Source of the DNA: Mytilus trossulus
Taxonomy: Eukaryota
Reading direction: 5' to 3'
DNA length: 64,000 nucleotides
NCBI RefSeq assembly: GCF_036588685.1
Contig: NC_086375.1
Coordinates: forward strand, 92,690,001-92,754,000
Part shown: positions 46,001-58,529 of the stretch, one piece after another
How the letters are laid out: each line of letters starts with the position of its first letter
How positions within the stretch are numbered: the first letter of the stretch is position 1
Position numbers and translations under genes: made by a program
Notes under the pieces: model-generated
What the model saw: the letters and a program-made list of their open reading frames with translations, nothing else
What the model was told of the DNA's origin: nothing
Databases searched by the model: none

Positions 46001-49000
46001 GAAGTTGGTCGTTTCTCTGATAGACCAATTTATTTGCGTCTATGTGCATATTGTAATAATTATTGAGAAGGAATTTCATTTGATGTTGGTATTTCCAGCA
46101 TATAGAGTAATTAGAAATTATTAGTTTGCCACGTTATTATTTTTATTATAGGCCTTATACTTTAAAACTATCTTATTTGTTGAAAGCTACTTCTAGATCG
46201 CTTACAATTAAACTTTGTAACTATTTGAAGAAGGCATGGAAAGCTAGATCTAAAATCATTGGTTAATTATGTTATTAATGCATTGCTCTCTGATATCATA
46301 TAAAAAAGACGATGTGGTATTATTGCCAATGAGAAAACCCTCCACAAGAGACCATACTGTCACAGAAATTAACAACTATAAGTCAACGTACTTTTTTTTG
46401 CCACATTGTGTATATAGTATGTATTGTCATAACATGTCAAGTATTCTCTTGCAAATAAACAATCCCGTGAAATAATGCAAGTGAACCAATATTATATGAA
46501 ACAACGTGTGCTGTATCAAAGGATGATCGCTATTTACATAGAGCGTGACCAAAGTTTTGAATCTGCTATGATCATGGCAATAATGGTATCACTTGTCGCA
46601 ATGATACTGCACATGCAGTTAACACTTGACCAATTTTACCGATAATTTACCTCCAAGCTTGTAAACTGTATGTATAGGTACACGTAATGGCCGGTCCGTC
46701 ATGCGAAAGGGCATTTCTGAGCTGTCTATTGCATCTAAAAGTGTTTTTCCAGAAGCACCACCTGATCTTCGTTTTACCTTCCAAGATGAAAACCAGGGCA
46801 TTTTGGAGCTTGGTGTTATCAAATTGTCACCTTCCCAACCAGAAATAGGAATAAATGGTACAGTTTCCACGTCAAAACCAACTTTCTTTGCAAGAAGAGC
46901 AATATTATCTATACAGTATCGAAATCGAACCTAAAATAAATCAAAATTAAAATCATCTAAAAGTGATGAATTTCATAAACAAAACAAAAAGTTACAAGGC
47001 AATAAACCTATAACGCTTATTACGGTATAACAAATCCCAAGTCAGATGCATAATTTTGATTGTAGAATAACGAATTTTCAGTTGCACCTCACAAATTAAA
47101 AACGAAAAAAAGAGAGGAAAAAAATCTTTACAAAAAATTCCAGGACGTACTCTGCGTTAATACTTTTCTTTTCTGTCACTTTGAACTATTTGATAACGAT
47201 CATCAATTTTATTTATTTAAAACATAATGACAATATATTAACGTGAACCTACTTCATTATAAGCAGGATCAATAGAATCCATTTTGGAGATGACTACTAT
47301 GAGTTGTTTAATACCAGTATTATAAGCCAGTTGTAGATGTTCTCTCGTTTGTCCTCTCCTTTTAAGACCTGCTTCGAATTCTCCATGTTCTGCAGATGCA
47401 ACTAACAAAGCAACATCACCCTGTAAAGAAAACCAAACAGCATCTTCGTTCTATAATAGTCTTTATCTATTTCATGAAAAAAGATTCCATCACTGTTTCG
47501 AATGTTGTACTATAATTTTCCTTCGAGGCCTTCTATAAAAATAGAGAAATGCTGTATCGATCGAGATGGTGTTGCTCTAAAGGATTTTGCAGTGTGGCAC
47601 ATGTGGTACAGAATCTGCTTAACCTTCTGGATCTTATAGGTTTTGGTTGGGTTCGTGTTGCTCAATATTTAGTTTTCTATGTTGTGTTTTGTCAATGTGT
47701 AAAAAGTTATCAAAGGTACCAGGATTATAATTTAATTCGCCAGACGCGCGTTTCGTCTACATATGCGACGCTCAGATCAAATTAGCTATAAAGGCAAGAA
47801 GATGAAAGAGCATTGAGGACCCAAAAATTTCAAAAATTTGTGCCAAAGTTGTGTAAATTAACCTTTTTCAATTTGTCTTTATCTTTTTTATCCATGACTT
47901 TGTCAGTTTATTTTTCAACTTATGAGTTAGAACGTAATATTCCTTTTTATTATCTTTCGCCCCTCTTTTTAATGACAATCATCATTTTAACGTCATGATG
48001 TATTGTCTAATTTTGTCGCGTGAAATCAGAGGGAAGCGTGAACATTTAAATTATACCTATAAAGAACTGCGATCAAGCGAGCAACATGCGTGGCCATTAA
48101 AACACACATAAATGAAAATAAACCTTCGCATACAAACTAGGTATAAAACGAATATGGGCTTGCATTATCATATTGATTTTACCACGGGTTAACTCTTTAT
48201 GCTTATTGTTTTACAACGGGCGAAACGAGGAAAAAATATAGATATTACAATAACAAACTGAGACATTTTTGGATGAAGTCAATTGATTAACATACTATTT
48301 AATAGAAAAGTGGCTTTCAAAAAATTATTATCATCGTTTTTTTTAACTGTGCATGTTTTGACGGCATTTTCCAGTTGGGTGCTTATGTGATTACGTTATC
48401 TTTCATTGACACCGTCTGAACTCAGGGTACTCATTCATAAAAAGCATACGAGCCCGGTCAATCAATAAAGTTGAAGATCAGCCGACATATTGCTTGTAAG
48501 GACATCCCGTCAGAGTAATAATGTAACACATAACATGGACATGTTTATGACTAGTCAATTTGTTATGAAAACTTAGTAATGAAGATGTATATGAAATATT
48601 CATCAAATAATTTGTCACATATTAGGCGATTTATATTTGTTGAAAGTTTATTTTAATTAAATAGTTGTATGCACAATTGATTGTGTCGTTTTCTGCGAAA
48701 TTAGTTATACCTGTGTGGTCCCAGTAACCATATTATGTACATAATCTTTATGTCCAGGGACGTCAATCATATTAACATGAAATCGTCTGGAATCGAGTCG
48801 TCTTATTTTACTGTCAATAGTTACACCTCGCTGTCTCTCAGCTTTAAGTCGATCCATAACCCAGGCAAATTTAAACGACGATTTGCCGCACTGCAAATAT
48901 TTAAATAGATATATTACAGAACATATATTTCATATTCGATAAAACAAAATAGAATAGCTTAAGAGCACGATAGACAACAATAAAGCTCGAAATGGCCCAA

Positions 49001-52000
49001 AAAATGACATGCGAACTACAAGAAACGAATAACTAGAAATCCATTAAAATGTATCAGTTGAAAAAATAGACCACTCCTTAAATACTGTTATTCTTCTAAA
49101 ATCGCAACCTTCACATATACCAAAAACAAGCGTTCATCTTTATCATATAAGTTTAACATTATATATTTTTTTCAAGTTTTTGTACTCACACCCCTGGACA
49201 TTTCGTATTTTAACATTTGATTTTGTCATTTGATAAGGTAGTTTCAATTTTGAATTTTCCTCGGAGTTCAGTATTTTTGTAATTTTACTTTTTCCTAAAT
49301 ATTTTTTTAGCACATATCCCTTTTTTCAAAAACTCTACATTTTACGTATATGTATCTTTTTCTGTTCTAGAAGTTAAAACTACTTCAACATATCTCAAAA
49401 CAACTTATAAACTGAATGCACACAGACATAAATAATCATTACCATGTCAGATTCTTTTGCTAGTTGGTTGATAGTTTCGTTGTCAACAGCATCACATTTC
49501 TGAGCTAAATGACCAATCAACGTTGACTTTCCATGATCCACGTGACCGATGACGACTACATTTAAAAAGGTTTTGATGACATCCAGTCTACTTGATGGTT
49601 GACGCGGGAGACGAGGATTTTCAACAACGACATTTTCTCTAGGATAATCTTCATCATCTGACGATGAACTGAGCGAGACTGAATGAGAATCGTCTGAGGG
49701 AATGTCTATATCAGCTTCATCCTTAGGGTCATCCGAATCTGACAAATATTAAAGTATCTTCTTGTTTAAATCATTATAAAAGAAAAACGATTCAGTATAT
49801 AAAATGGCTAAAGAACAATAAAATATGAAATAGACCAGAAAAGATATCATTGTCTACCAATTACTCACCACATGTTGTAAGGTTTCAGGCAGCACCTGCT
49901 TAATAATTTAGAATGACTTTTTAATATATGAAAACATATTCAGATTCATATATATATATATATACAACTCGTCTAAACATCAACCCAACAATGTTAGATC
50001 TGTAAATTTGCTTTCGCAAATTTTTGGTTCTTCCCTCGTCGGGATTCGAACCCATGCTACTGTGATATCGTGACAACAAATCGCCTGCACTGCAGCCGTC
50101 CCGCTAGACCACACGACCACCTGGGCTCTCAAAAAAGAGCTTTCGGTGGCCATATGTTACCTTTCCACGTCAGTTTTAATCTATATATATTATTTTAGTT
50201 TGAAAGCCATTGATTTCATAATGTTTAGTTAGGAAAGGGGTAGTAGATGTAGAACTATTATCGATCGACAACACATTAAATAAGGCAAATAGTAAGACTA
50301 TTAACCAAACAACAGTCCTTAAAATAAAAGTATTAAAATGTGAACCAAATAACAAACTGGATGTGTATGCAGGTGCTCCGCTTAGAAATGATGCATGTTT
50401 CTACTCTTAACTTTATTAAAGACTAAAGAAATATTTTACGAACGAATACCTTGATATAATGGTTCGTCATTGCTATTTGTATATGGAAAATATGTCTTCT
50501 CTAATTCTGAAATTGAGAACAAACAAAAACATTAATAATAGATTATATATATTATTTATCATTTTAAGAAAAATCAAGTGTAATCACTGGAAGTCTTCAT
50601 TTGAATATAGATAACATTCCGTTTTTGGTATATATCATCCTTAGGAAAATCAACATTTCAAAACGCAGATGTTTTGCTTCCAGTAATTATCCAATATCTT
50701 CTTTAAAGGAAATACAACAATCATTGAGATAATAAGGACCCTTTAAATTATACGAAAAAAAAGTTGGTTTTCAGTATATAATTCACATGTTACTCATTTA
50801 AAGTACTTCATATATATGTATATTTGGTACATATTTTCGGGATAGTTACCATCGCATGTTGTTTTACACCCACCGATTTAACAAACTGATTCTTGGATGT
50901 ATAAAGATACTTATCGATTCCTATTTTATCTTTGAAATGTAATCACTCATTCTGATTTGTGCAATCTGAGAACATCCGATGTTTCCTAAGGCATGTCAAT
51001 ATTGGGAAACGTTGAAGCTAATAAGTGATATACTGCACATCTTAATAATTGAGCATTGAAGTACAAGGAGCTTCAATCTTTGTTTTTAAATCAAGTCTGG
51101 TTTTCCATCATCTTTATTCTTTTCATTTGTTATGAATCAGACACCACGAGTCATAGGGAATAGTCTATCCCGACGTATAAGGTTACTGTTAACATAAACA
51201 GTCCAGCACCATGTACTATGCCTTTGTATACATTAGTAGTATATCACCACATATAATGCCATTGTTTACGTTAATAGTGTAGTACCATGTTTGATATCAT
51301 TGTTTGCGTAAAAAAAAGCTAGTATTATGTATAGTGCAACTGTTTATGTAAAGTGGAGCAGTTATTACTTCTCTTAAAATCTACCTAAGCAGTTCTTATG
51401 ATGCCTAAAGAACAGTTTCTGACAAGAAATGCTTCTGTTAGAACAAGCATATTCTAGAACAAAACCTAAAATTTCGAATTTTACACAGTTCAACTCCATT
51501 GCAGATTCTTAAAGCTATATTATCTAGAACAGTTTTTGACAAATCTACAATAGAAAAGAAAAGAACAGTTTCCGGGAATTTTACCCTGGAACAGTTTTAT
51601 CCGTGCACAGTTTTGAGCAGTTCTACCACATTACAGGTACAAGAAGTTCTACTCTACAAGAGTGTTGGGCAGTTCTACACTGAACAGACAGAAATTTAAC
51701 TGAAATAAATTCTGACAGTTTTACACTTAACAATTTTGGGGCATTTTTTTCACTCGAACAGATTCACTATTTAATCAACACGACAGGTGCCACATGTGGA
51801 GCAGGATATGCTTACCTGTCCGGAGCACATGAGATCAACCCTAGTTTTTGGTGGAGTCCGTGTTGCTTATTATTATCATTATGCCGTGTCATGAGTTCTA
51901 TTGTTTGTCTGTTTGTCTTTTTTCATTTTTAGCCATGGCGTTGTCAGTTTATTTTCGATTTACGAGTTTGACTGTCCCTCTTTCATATTCTTTAGTTTCT

Positions 52001-53247
52001 AATTGCGTTCGTATTGTTTCCATGATTACAATAGTCGTGCTGCTTTTAAATTTTTCTTTATCTCTTAATTGTAAATTCAAAAGGAGAAGGGCCATTTTCC
52101 ACTGTAATTAATTAACGCACAGGTTCAAAATCTAAAATATGTTAAATTCTACTAGAAATGAATATCAGAGACTTATGTGATTGTGTATTTATAATAGTGG
52201 TAATCAATTTCACATATGTCTATACAGTTCCTGTTGAAGGCATTTTGATATAGAAAGGCAAATTATATATACATCGAATGACATCGGTAACACAATGAAC
52301 TAAATTAATAGAAAGACCATAGTTTTACTTCGTACACAACTTCAACCATAATTGATTTTATCTGCTGGAATTGTAATAGTTCATCCTATTATTGTCTTCG
52401 AAAAATTGTGTTATACACATACATAATTTTCCACTTAGTTTGGTAAATGATGTCTGCTTGTACTTTTTTTGGAGCATTTACCTAAAATTTGTTTTGAACA
52501 TTCATCGATTGTTTATTATTTGATATAAATAGAAATTAGCAAAAATATTGTTAGTACCTTATATCACACATGTTTGACTTGATTATACGCACTTCAGTAA
52601 AGACTGATAGACTCTTTGACGTGAAATAAATTTAGAGAATTGACCTTTTTTTTTTATAACATATCGTTGTTCTAATGGTTAACAATATACACACCTTCTG
52701 GAGTGGCGCCCCTAACCGTTTTCAGAATGGACGCTGATGGCACGTGTTTATGTTCTACTTCAACATTGGGTAAGCTATCGTCTGTACCTTCTGATGAAGG
52801 TGTACCCAACATTTGAACGCCACCAAACGACACATTAGCTGTTTTTGCTGACATTGGATATGGGGATTTCTTTATATTTGAAACTATTTCTCCCATCGCT
52901 CTCGCTGTAGACAATGCAGTTTTTTGTCTTTCAATGGAGGGTCTTCTCGCACCATTCATCTGTACTATAGGCGGTTTCTTGAAGCCATTATGTTCGATTG
53001 ATGGATTTTTTGTATCTTTTCCAGAAGTTGGTTTCTTTGTTAAATTTGCTCTGGATTGTTTCTTGTCGCCGTTTTGTACTGATGTCGAGTCTTTCTCAAT
53101 TTCAATTTTTGGAACTTCATCTTTCTTTTTTGAATGTGCAGAGTCCTGTTGATTTTCTATTGATCTCTTTCTAGGCCCTTTAGCAGTAGCAATTTCCACC
53201 CTTATTCTTGCAGTGTATAGATTCCTCTGTTTCTTTGCATTACTCAT
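34084..53247 (-). CDS. Divergent eEF1A-like translational GTPase, ~800 aa; exons 53247-52695, 50506-50450, 49738-49443, 48890-48711, 47420-47253, 46930-46651, 41021-40930, 36069-35905, 34695-34084
   Basis: All junctions are GT-AG with matching phases, and the total is 2403 nt. Motifs: NVVVIGHVDHGKST, KSSFKFAWVMDRLKAERQRGVTID, IDVPGHKDY, GEFEAG...GQTREH, SKMD, PISGWEGDN, PLRVPIHTVYKLG, ARPGDNVG, FTAQIMILNHPG, GYTPILHCHT, YPSLGR..IRDMKQTIAVGVI. The first two exons are linked by phase and splice-site logic only (lower confidence). Confidence 0.88.
35165..35703 (-). mobile_element. Non-autonomous Helitron
   Basis: Minus strand starts A|TCTATAATAC. It ends with the hairpin CCCGCGATATCACGGG then GTTCAAG|T (one mismatch from CTAG). 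Inserted between A and T with no TSD. Confidence 0.8.
36052..36517 (-). repeat. ~230-bp tandem duplication spanning the acceptor of eEF1A-like exon 8
   Basis: 36053-36279 is similar to 36280-36515. The upstream copy contains TAG|GTCCGGGCAGTGCAA|GTATGA. Confidence 0.9.
36949..37249. mobile_element. MITE with TTAA TSD (Kolobok-like)
   Basis: TTAA|GGTGGTACCTAACACT ... AGTGTTAGGTACCACC|TTAA. Confidence 0.85.
40231..40990 (-). repeat. 116-bp minisatellite (~6.5 units) derived from the 3' half and donor site of eEF1A-like exon 7
   Basis: Exon-like blocks end at 40930 (true exon), ~40816, 40700, 40584, 40468, 40352 and 40236, each followed by GTAAGG-like sequence. Confidence 0.95.
41550..44911 (-). 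mobile_element. Penelope-like retroelement, Naiad clade (family 2): 744-codon uninterrupted ORF (42677-44911) plus ~1.1-kb 3' UTR; N-terminal GIY-YIG domain missing
   Basis: CxC linker (LTCDCSNSP..GHVITGDL), GPKFREP, PADKASNN, LYWIPKLHK, TFDFSTLYTTIPH, GIPMGTNCAP, RYIDD, FLDL. The ORF stops after the RT thumb with no C-terminal endonuclease, as expected for N-terminal-EN PLEs. The 3' UTR has an internal ~250-bp tandem duplication (41952-42462). Confidence 0.88.
45900..46260 (+). mobile_element. Highly decayed LINE C-terminal remnant
   Basis: Broken frames give LRSG..NVEVGRF...RLCAYC...EKEFHLMLV.P.Y, typical of a LINE ORF2 C-terminal Cys/His region. Confidence 0.4.
47703..47850 (-). mobile_element. 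Retrozyme fragment with deleted hammerhead core, inserted in a Naiad family 1 3' remnant
   Basis: agttatcaaaggtaccaggattataatttaattcgccagacgcgcgtttcgtctacata|tgcgacgctc, with the CUGAUGA segment missing. The flanks 47594-47700 and 47865-47970 match the Naiad-1 3' UTR. Confidence 0.75.
49964..50181 (-). mobile_element. tRNA-derived (A/B box) element inserted in a (TA)n tract
   Basis: Minus strand GCCCAGGTGGTCGTGTGGTCTAGCG (A-box-like) ... GGTTCGAATCC (B box, 50042-50052). No acceptor stem. (TA)n on both sides. Confidence 0.7.
51776..51985 (+). mobile_element. Naiad family 1 3' UTR fragment
   Basis: Reverse-complement match to 3075-3280. Other decayed copies at ~13290-13690, 20240-20445, 58640-59240 and 63345-63505. 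Confidence 0.75.
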
Positions 53248-53689
53248 GTTTACTTTAGTGTACACAGCTTGTTAAACATGTTTATTGCAGAGCTATTATT
53301 TGAGTTTTTTTATCTTCTTCATGAACCTGTCAATCACCATACTATAAAACATCCATAATATATTAAAAAGTCCAATAGAATATTAAACAACATGAAAACA
53401 ATACCATAACATAGAAACTATATTAAACAACTTTTCATAAGACAACACCATAGAAGCAAAACTGTTATGATATTAAATTTGACAAGCCAATTGGAAATGT
53501 ATATCAAAAATATATGGCAAAAGTGAAAAAGTACACGCAGTTGTCGCTAAAATCTTAAACGATGCTGTATTTGTACAAAGAGTAACTGAATTCAATAATA
53601 TTCATGTATGATCACAAAGTTCCTGAATAATCCATTTTGGAATTTATACTAAGTTATCTTTAGAGTCCTTCATGCTTTGATTTAAATGA

Positions 53690-55323
53690 AAAATAAAATA
53701 TCAAGAAAAACTCAAAACGAAAAGTCAAATGACATAAATATAAAAGTCAAACACATTTAACGAATTCCTGACTTGGTGCAACCATTTTCTTATGTAGACA
53801 ATAGTGGATTAAACCTGATTTATAGCTAGACAAACCTCTCAATTGTATGACATTCACATACAATTACATTTATATTGACAACAATGTGTGGGCAAAACAA
53901 ACAGACTTTATATGTAAAATTGACAAAAAATGGGGTACAACAATCAACATTGAAAACGGATGGTTCCTACAACATTTACAATGACTTTAACTCTTTGTAA
54001 TGTGGGAAATGGGGTACAACAGTAAACATTGAAAACAGATGGTTCCTACAACATTTACAATGACTTTAACTCTTTGTAATGTAGGAAATGGGGTACAACA
54101 ATCAACATTGAAAACAGATGGTTCCTACAACATTTACAATGACTTTAACTCTTTGTAATGTGGGAAATTGGATACAGCAATCAACATTGAAAACAGATGG
54201 TTCCTACAACATTTACAATGACTTTAACTCTTTGTAATGTGGGAAATGGGGTACAACAATCAACATTGAAAACAGATGGTTCCTACAACATTTACAATGA
54301 CTTTAACTCTTTGTAATGTGGGAAATGGGGTACAACAATCAACATTGAAAACGGATGGTTCCTACAACATTTACAATGACTTTAACTCTTTGTAATGTGG
54401 GAAATGAGGTACAGCAATCAACATTGAAAACAGATGGTTCCTACAACATTTACAATGACTTTAACTCTTTGCAATGTGGGAAATGGGGTACAACAATCAA
54501 CATTGAAAACGGATGGTTCCTACAACATTTACAATGACTTTAACTCTTTGTAATGTGGGAAATGGGGTACAGCAATCAACATTGAAAACAGATGGTTCCT
54601 ACAACATTTACAATGACTTTAACTCTTTGTAATGTGGGAAATGGGGTACAACAATCAACATTGAAAACGGATGGTTCCTACAACATTTACAATGACTTTA
54701 ACTCTTTGTAATGTGGGAAATGGGGTACAGCAATCAACATTGAAAACAGATGGTTCCTACAACATTAACAATGACTTTAACTCTTTGTAATGTGGGAAAT
54801 GGGGTACAACAATCAACATTGAAAACAGATGGTTCCTACAACATTTACAATGACTTTAACTCTTTGTAATGTGGGAAATTGGATACAGCAATCAACATTG
54901 TGTTATAATCTTAAACAATACAAAACATAGAAAAATAAAATGGCAAAGTGACAGTCTCTCTAGACTAATTACATAATCAAAAATGATAATAAAACATCGA
55001 AACTGAAAGCACAATAACACAAAGTAGTGATTTATAGGTACCGAGATACGACAAAATTGTATTAGAAAATTAGACTAAAGAGTATTGGTTAAAATTATTC
55101 AAAAACAAATAAAATGAAAACCTTAACACGTGCACGTAACTATGATTAACAACGTCAGTAACTATTAATTTACACTTCAAGACCTGAATGTATTATTTTT
55201 GAAGTTAATACGGAATATTTATCAACAAGGTCTTGTGTATCATCCGATGAACTTTTTTTTGAAAAAGGACGAGACGTTCTTTGACATAACTCTGGTTCAT
55301 CAACTATCTGGACAGACACTGGT
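53690..55323 (-). mobile_element. Decayed Naiad family 2 3' fragment hosting a minisatellite
   Basis: 55150-55323 matches the ORF end at 42655-42830. 53690-53940 matches 41580-41850. Confidence 0.75.
53931..54900. repeat. 79-bp minisatellite, ~12 units
   Basis: Unit ggggtacaacaatcaacattgaaaacagatggttcctacaacatttacaatgactttaactctttgtaatgtgggaaat at 53932, 54011, ... 54801, with a partial unit at 54880. Confidence 0.95.
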
Positions 55324-57227
55324 AACAGTCGGTTTCGACATTTGCATTATTTTTTTTTGTAGTATTTGATATTCAATTTGATTTTTTGTGTCCTAACCAT
55401 TTCCAAATTTTCCGTATCGATTTTATAAAATTTTCGTATTCCCAATTGTTAATAGTGTCTAATCGTTCCACACACATCATATAAATACCATACACAATTG
55501 ATGTTGATATTTATATAGTATGGAAGCCCTATGTATGTTTATGTTCAACTTTGACAACAATAATACCCGGAATTATCTGTTACAGAAAAGTCAAGAAGCT
55601 CATATTGGAATACTACTGAGATTGAGACGCTTTGATATACAAGAAAATCAAACTGTCCTTACCTTTTTATATATTACTCTTGTGCTAAATATTTCATGTT
55701 TATTAGGATTAGTCTGTACTTTAATATATGTAAAGCTGATTAACCAGAATTATGAATGTTAATCCGTTCTGTTAAGGTCGGTTATTACACAGATAATTAA
55801 AGTATTACTGAGTGTATCGATAGAAATGGTTTATTTTAAGATCTACTTGTACATGTTATGTGTATGCTTACATGTATGTAATGATATACCACACTTTCTA
55901 TAAAGATTTAAAAAAAAGTATGTAAACTCATCAAAGATTCCATGCTTAAAATTTTGTACACCATAGTCTTCAAAAGACTCATCAAAATAAAAAAAGGTGC
56001 AAATGCCAATTAAAGTTCATAGTATAAGAGTATTGGATACAAAAATTTCGAAAGGGTTAGCCAATTACAGCTTACTAAGGAAATCTACATTTTGAGTAGA
56101 AAATACTAAGTATTTAAAACCCAATCAAAATATGTGGAATCCTACCCGAATAACATCTGAAATTAAAACTTTAAAAACAAAACATCATCATATTAGATAT
56201 GAATACACGTGATATCAACTGTACGTCATATAGAGGAATATACAAAGTTCAATAGGGTGTATTACTCTGAATTGATTGATAGTTATTCAAAATTTAATAT
56301 AATCCGTTCTCTCGCCAAATTTCTAGTATGGCTTGATACTTGAAAAAATCAATTTACTGAACGTTTATGGTTCTTTAAAACGACAAACAGTTACAGGGAG
56401 GTAATAACAAACAGTTACAGGGAGGTAATCACATTTCGAACTAATATCAAGTAGTTAAGTATGTCTGTCAAAGGGATAGAAATGTTTAAGAAACCAAAAT
56501 GGTATATACATGTCTATCGTAGCATTCAATACTAGTATTATAAATTGTATAAAACTTGATTTAAAGGTGTTTGTAGCAGATTGTTAACTTCTAAATAAAC
56601 ATTGTCAGCCTAGATTTGCCTCGGTTATAACAATTACTGTACATATAGACAACTAGAGGGTATGATTATGAGCATTTAAAAGAAAACCTCAGTTGGAAAA
56701 AAGTGTGACGAAATTTTATATCTTTCAAATTGACAATGTTTGGCACGTTCTCCATAAGAGCGCTATTGATTTTTTGTTCATTAGAAAACGTTCTGGTTAA
56801 TAGGAAATGAAACAAATAATAATTAATAAATAGTCTTGAAAAATAGAGATGCGGTACGATTGCCATTGAGACAACTATCCGCCAAAGTTCAAATGACGAA
56901 TACAGAATCAATTATAGTTTGCTGTATTCCAACAACGAGAAAGTCGGCTATAAAAGACCCCGATATTAAAAATATGAAACAATTCAAAGCGAAAAGACTA
57001 ACAGCCTTGTTGATGTCTTTAGTTTTTTCTTCCTTTGAAAAAATACAAAATACTGAACACAAAGTCAAATTATTTTTAATGGTTGTACACGTCACAATAA
57101 AAACACAAATGCTTGAACGTGTACTTAACCAAGGTACGAAGAAATACCTGCATAGTTAAAAACATACTAGTATACTGTAATACAAAGATAATCGAATAAG
57201 ATAAGTCAAATATTCAAAATACGTTCG

Positions 57228-58529
57228 AAAGGAGTAGGTTTGGTAAGGGCCGATTTGGCCTCAATTTCAGGTTCATCGAACGAAAGATTTCGGACACTTT
57301 TTGAACACTAAAGTGTCTATTTCAATTAGTTTAATTAAAACTTTTTAACTGCTTTAGTCATTAAAAACGCTCAGATTCAAACTTAAATATGAAAAATCTA
57401 TCAAATATGCCAAAAAACGTCTCTTTTCAGATGTTTTTTTTTTGTAAAAATGAAAGTGGCCGCATCCGTGTTCATCCGCAACCTTTATATATATATATAA
57501 GGTATTATCATCAAATACAACTAACATTTCAATATTATGAATGAACACGAATGCGGCCACTTTCATTTTAGTCGGAAACCGTCAGAAATTTCACTAAAAT
57601 GCTCATATTGTGAATATTTCAGTAATTAAGCATGACTTAAGGTAGCACCATACAAAGATTGTTTTACTTCCAATCACTAACCTTTGAAATGCTTCAACTT
57701 TCTTATAAATGCATAAAAAATAATAAAAGAGGTATATATAGATAGATAAAAGATTAATCTTTTAAATGAATGCAATATTTTTATTATGCAATCATTATGT
57801 AACCAATTATTATGTAATTATTAGCAAAATCTGGGTACGTTCACTTGAATTTAGCTCTATCGTCTCTTTAACTATACAGAAAATTAAAACTAAATCTTAA
57901 TCAACACATCATGGGCTTCAAAAGGGTGTCTCAAATTGTCTCTATGGTATTCCATTCTCTCATAAATCTCTAATTAGTGTAAACATCCTAACCACATAAA
58001 AGAAGATAATGTTTAATTAGGTGTACAATTTGTTCTATACATTCTATCTGAAATCGGAGACACCCTTTTGTAGATAATGGCCATAGGAACAACATATGAT
58101 GAAATCAACTCTCTAGGGTTACCTATGCAGAAGCTAATTTCGTTTGAAAGTGGAATTTTGGTAAAAATTATTTTAGACACAGTGAACATTATAATTATTT
58201 ACATAATTGTTGCATAATACTAACATTGCATTAATTTGAAAGAGTAATCTGTTAGCTATCCAAAACTACCACTATTATCAATTTTCAAGCATTATTAAGA
58301 AAGTTACAGCATTTTAAAACTTGGGAGTTGGAGTTATACAATCTTTGTATTGTCCTACCTTAATTATGTGAGTACCCGATATATGTGCATTGTACTGTAA
58401 AAAACTGCCCATATTTATGTAGCTGAAGCATTCTTCTTTCCAATAAATAACTAAAAGTTTACATTTTAACAATTTTGTAAAGATGCTATATTTGGGGTCA
58501 AAAAGGGATCTTAATGAACCTACTCCTTT
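57228..58529. mobile_element. Non-autonomous TIR DNA transposon (Kolobok-like)
   Basis: Inverted termini AAAGGAGTAGGTT / AACCTACTCCTTT. Internal inverted repeat aaaatgaaagtggccgcatccgtgttcat (57447-57475) / atgaacacgaatgcggccactttcatttt (57541-57569). TSD not clean. Confidence 0.6.

Noticed and set aside
50030-50126. Possible tRNA gene
   Set aside because: A/B boxes are present but no acceptor stem or clean anticodon arm can be formed.
34084-53247. Calling the GTPase HBS1L or eRF3 because of its long N-terminus
   Set aside because: It has eEF1A-specific segments (KSSFKFAWV, the W..WKVKRRSG insert, ILNHPG, RDMKQTIAVGVI) and no recognisable HBS1-N or PAM2 motif. A phylogeny is still needed.
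53931-54900. Same 79-bp period as the SLC46 exon array
   Set aside because: No sequence similarity between the units, so treated as coincidence.
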